NCBI GenBank assembly: GCA_963790405.1
Contig: CAWBOJ010000007.1
Location: 35,158-99,157, forward strand
Direction: 5' to 3'
DNA: 64,000 bases
From: an uncultured Actinomycetota bacterium
GTDB taxonomy: Bacteria; Actinomycetota; Coriobacteriia; Anaerosomatales; JAGXFU01
Shown: in pieces, positions 62,686-64,000 of the stretch
How positions within the stretch are numbered: the first letter of the stretch is position 1
Layout: the number at the start of each line of letters is the position of its first letter
The notes under the pieces: generated by a model
Seen by the model: only the letters and a program-made list of their open reading frames with translations
Databases searched by the model: none
What the model was told of the DNA's origin: nothing
Translations under genes and position numbers: made by a program

Positions 62686-63764
62686 TCAGTCGAGGAACTC
62701 CCGGAGCCGCTCGGTGTCCCGGTAGGCCTGCAGCTTCGTGAGCGTCTTCGCCTCGATCTGGCGGATGCGCTCGCGCGTGACCCCGAAGCGCTGGCCGACC
62801 TCCTCGAGGGTGCGCGGCTCCTCGCCGCGGAGGCCGAAGCGCAGCTCCAGCACCTTGCGCTCGCGGTGGGTGAGCTGGGCGAGGATCGCCCTCCAGCTCC
62901 TCGGAGCGGAGCAGGTTCGCCACGGCGTCGGCCGGGCTCTGGATGCCCCCGTCCTCGATCAGGTCGCCGAGCTCGGAGTCCTCGTCCTCGCCCACCGGCG
63001 TCTCCAGCGAGACCGGCTCCTGAGCCACCTTCTGGATCTCCCGCACGCGCTCGGGCGTGACCTCGAGCTCGTGGGCGATCTCGGCGATGGTGGGCTCGCG
63101 CCCGAGGTCCTGCAGCAGCTGGCGCTGGACGCGCGAGAGGCGGTTGATCGTCTCGACCATGTGCACCGGCATGCGGATCGTGCGCGCCTGATCGGCGATC
63201 GCGCGGGTGATCGCCTGCCGGATCCACCACGTCGCGTAGGTCGAGAACTTGTAGCCCTTGCGGTAGTCGAACTTCTCGACCGCCCGGATCAGGCCGAGGT
63301 TGCCCTCCTGGATCAGGTCGAGGAAGGCGAGGCCGCGGCCGACGTACCGCTTGGCGACCGAGACCACGAGGCGCAGGTTGGCCTCGATCAGCGTGGCCTT
63401 GGCGTTCATGTCGCGCCGCTCGATCCGCTTGGCGAGCGACACCTCCTGCGCCGCGGTCAGCAGCGGGACCCGGCCGATCTCGCGCAGGTACATGCGCACC
63501 GGATCGTTGGAGTGCGCCTTGACCGACAGGTCGAGCCGCGGGCCGCCGCCACCGGTGCTGCCCGGCATCTCAACGCCCTCGGCGAGCACTTCGATGTTCA
63601 TCTCGGCGAGCACCTGCAGGAGGCGCTCCTGCTGCTCCTCGCTGAGGTCGGCGGCCTCCACGACGTCGGCGATCCGCGTGCAGCGACACCCCCCCGAGCT
63701 CGCGGCCCTCCTGGATGAGCTCGCGCACCTCCTCCAGGCCGGTGACCGAGACGTCGGTGCCCAC
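62686..63764 (-). pseudogene. rpoD: RpoD-family (group 1/2) RNA polymerase sigma factor, with frame changes near 63690 and 62885.
   Basis: Region 1.1-like [19 protein letters not shown] (ORF 63570..63764), then ..[20 protein letters not shown]... Also region 1.2 [12 protein letters not shown], region 2 [54 protein letters not shown], and hand-read region 4 ..[42 protein letters not shown]. Confidence 0.85.
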
Positions 63765-63777
63765 GTGTCCGCCCTCA

Positions 63778-64000
63778 GCGCGGCGCGCACCCTGCGCGCC
63801 AGGTCGAGCGCCTCGAGACGCCCCTTCTCGTCACCCCTCCTCCGCATCTCGGCCGCCCTGCGCTCGAGCATCGGGAGCTCCACACGGTACGCGGCCTCCC
63901 GCACCTCGGCGGCAGTGGGCGCGGGCCCCGACAGCTCGATCCGCAATGCGAGACCGACGGGCGCGAGATCGTCCGGCCAGGCGTCGAGGTCGCTCTGCCC
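63778..64000 (-). CDS. 3' end of an unidentified CDS entering from beyond the window. dnaG sits in this position in many bacteria, but I could not confirm it.
   Basis: Hand translation gives ..[78 protein letters not shown]. No in-frame stop precedes the sigma start, so an indel is suspected near 63780. Confidence 0.3.

Noticed and set aside
62686-63764. Whether this sigma factor could be the WhiG-type partner of the RsiG-like proteins.
   Set aside because: It has regions 1.1 and 1.2 and the RpoD box ([27 protein letters not shown]), so it is a principal or group-2 sigma factor, not FliA/WhiG-type. It also lies on the compositionally foreign segment relative to the 14993..15301 gene.

Overview
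This 64-kb window is almost entirely coding, but it is two unrelated pieces of DNA joined at about 56,258. All calls come from reading the sequence and the ORF track by eye. No database search was run, and the ends of frameshifted genes are approximate.

Part A (1-56,257) has 57-62% GC on hand-counted 60-nt lines. It looks like an anaerobic, amino-acid-fermenting actinobacterium, plausibly Coriobacteriia-like. It contains:
- a Liv-type branched-chain amino-acid ABC importer with two tandem binding proteins
- IorAB plus an ACT protein, and PaaK plus a second ACT protein
- two head-to-head coiled-coil wall hydrolases
- apt, hpt and a TrkA-type K+ channel
- the conserved actinobacterial FHA (GarA-like) / MerR (FtsR-like) and pgsA / DUF881 / sbp / DUF881 neighbourhoods
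- a complete glycine-cleavage set (gcvT-H-PA-PB plus lipoate ligase)
- a D-Ala-D-Ala carboxypeptidase, a VanW/G5 protein and a fused sugar nucleotidyltransferase/phosphomannomutase
- CorA, a multi-PAS histidine kinase, an ABC-F ATPase and two flavoproteins
- a tRNA-Pro(GGG)-flanked patch carrying a class II Fic and DUF genes
- coaBC, KorAB, an alpha-oxoamine synthase and a PadR-controlled ABC exporter

Part B (~56,262-64,000) has 75-82% GC on sampled lines, with nearly every codon ending in G or C. It encodes an RsbW-like ATPase, a lipoprotein, RNase Z, a USP, a hydrolase, Qor and an RpoD-like sigma factor.

About 25 genes are broken by indel-type frameshifts. These occur in discrete patches, while a stretch of about 19 kb is clean.

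I saw no rRNA, CRISPR array, transposase, integrase or recognisable defence system, and I cannot point to a clear novel multi-gene system. The observations most worth a second look are:
- a single-motif RsiG-like (c-di-GMP anti-sigma-type) protein that heads the FHA/MerR operon
- a second copy of that helix fused to an RsbW-like ATPase in part B
- an orphan prepilin-like gene paired with a dead GGDEF protein
- the Fic patch with its GATATC-centred repeats and UUCG hairpins
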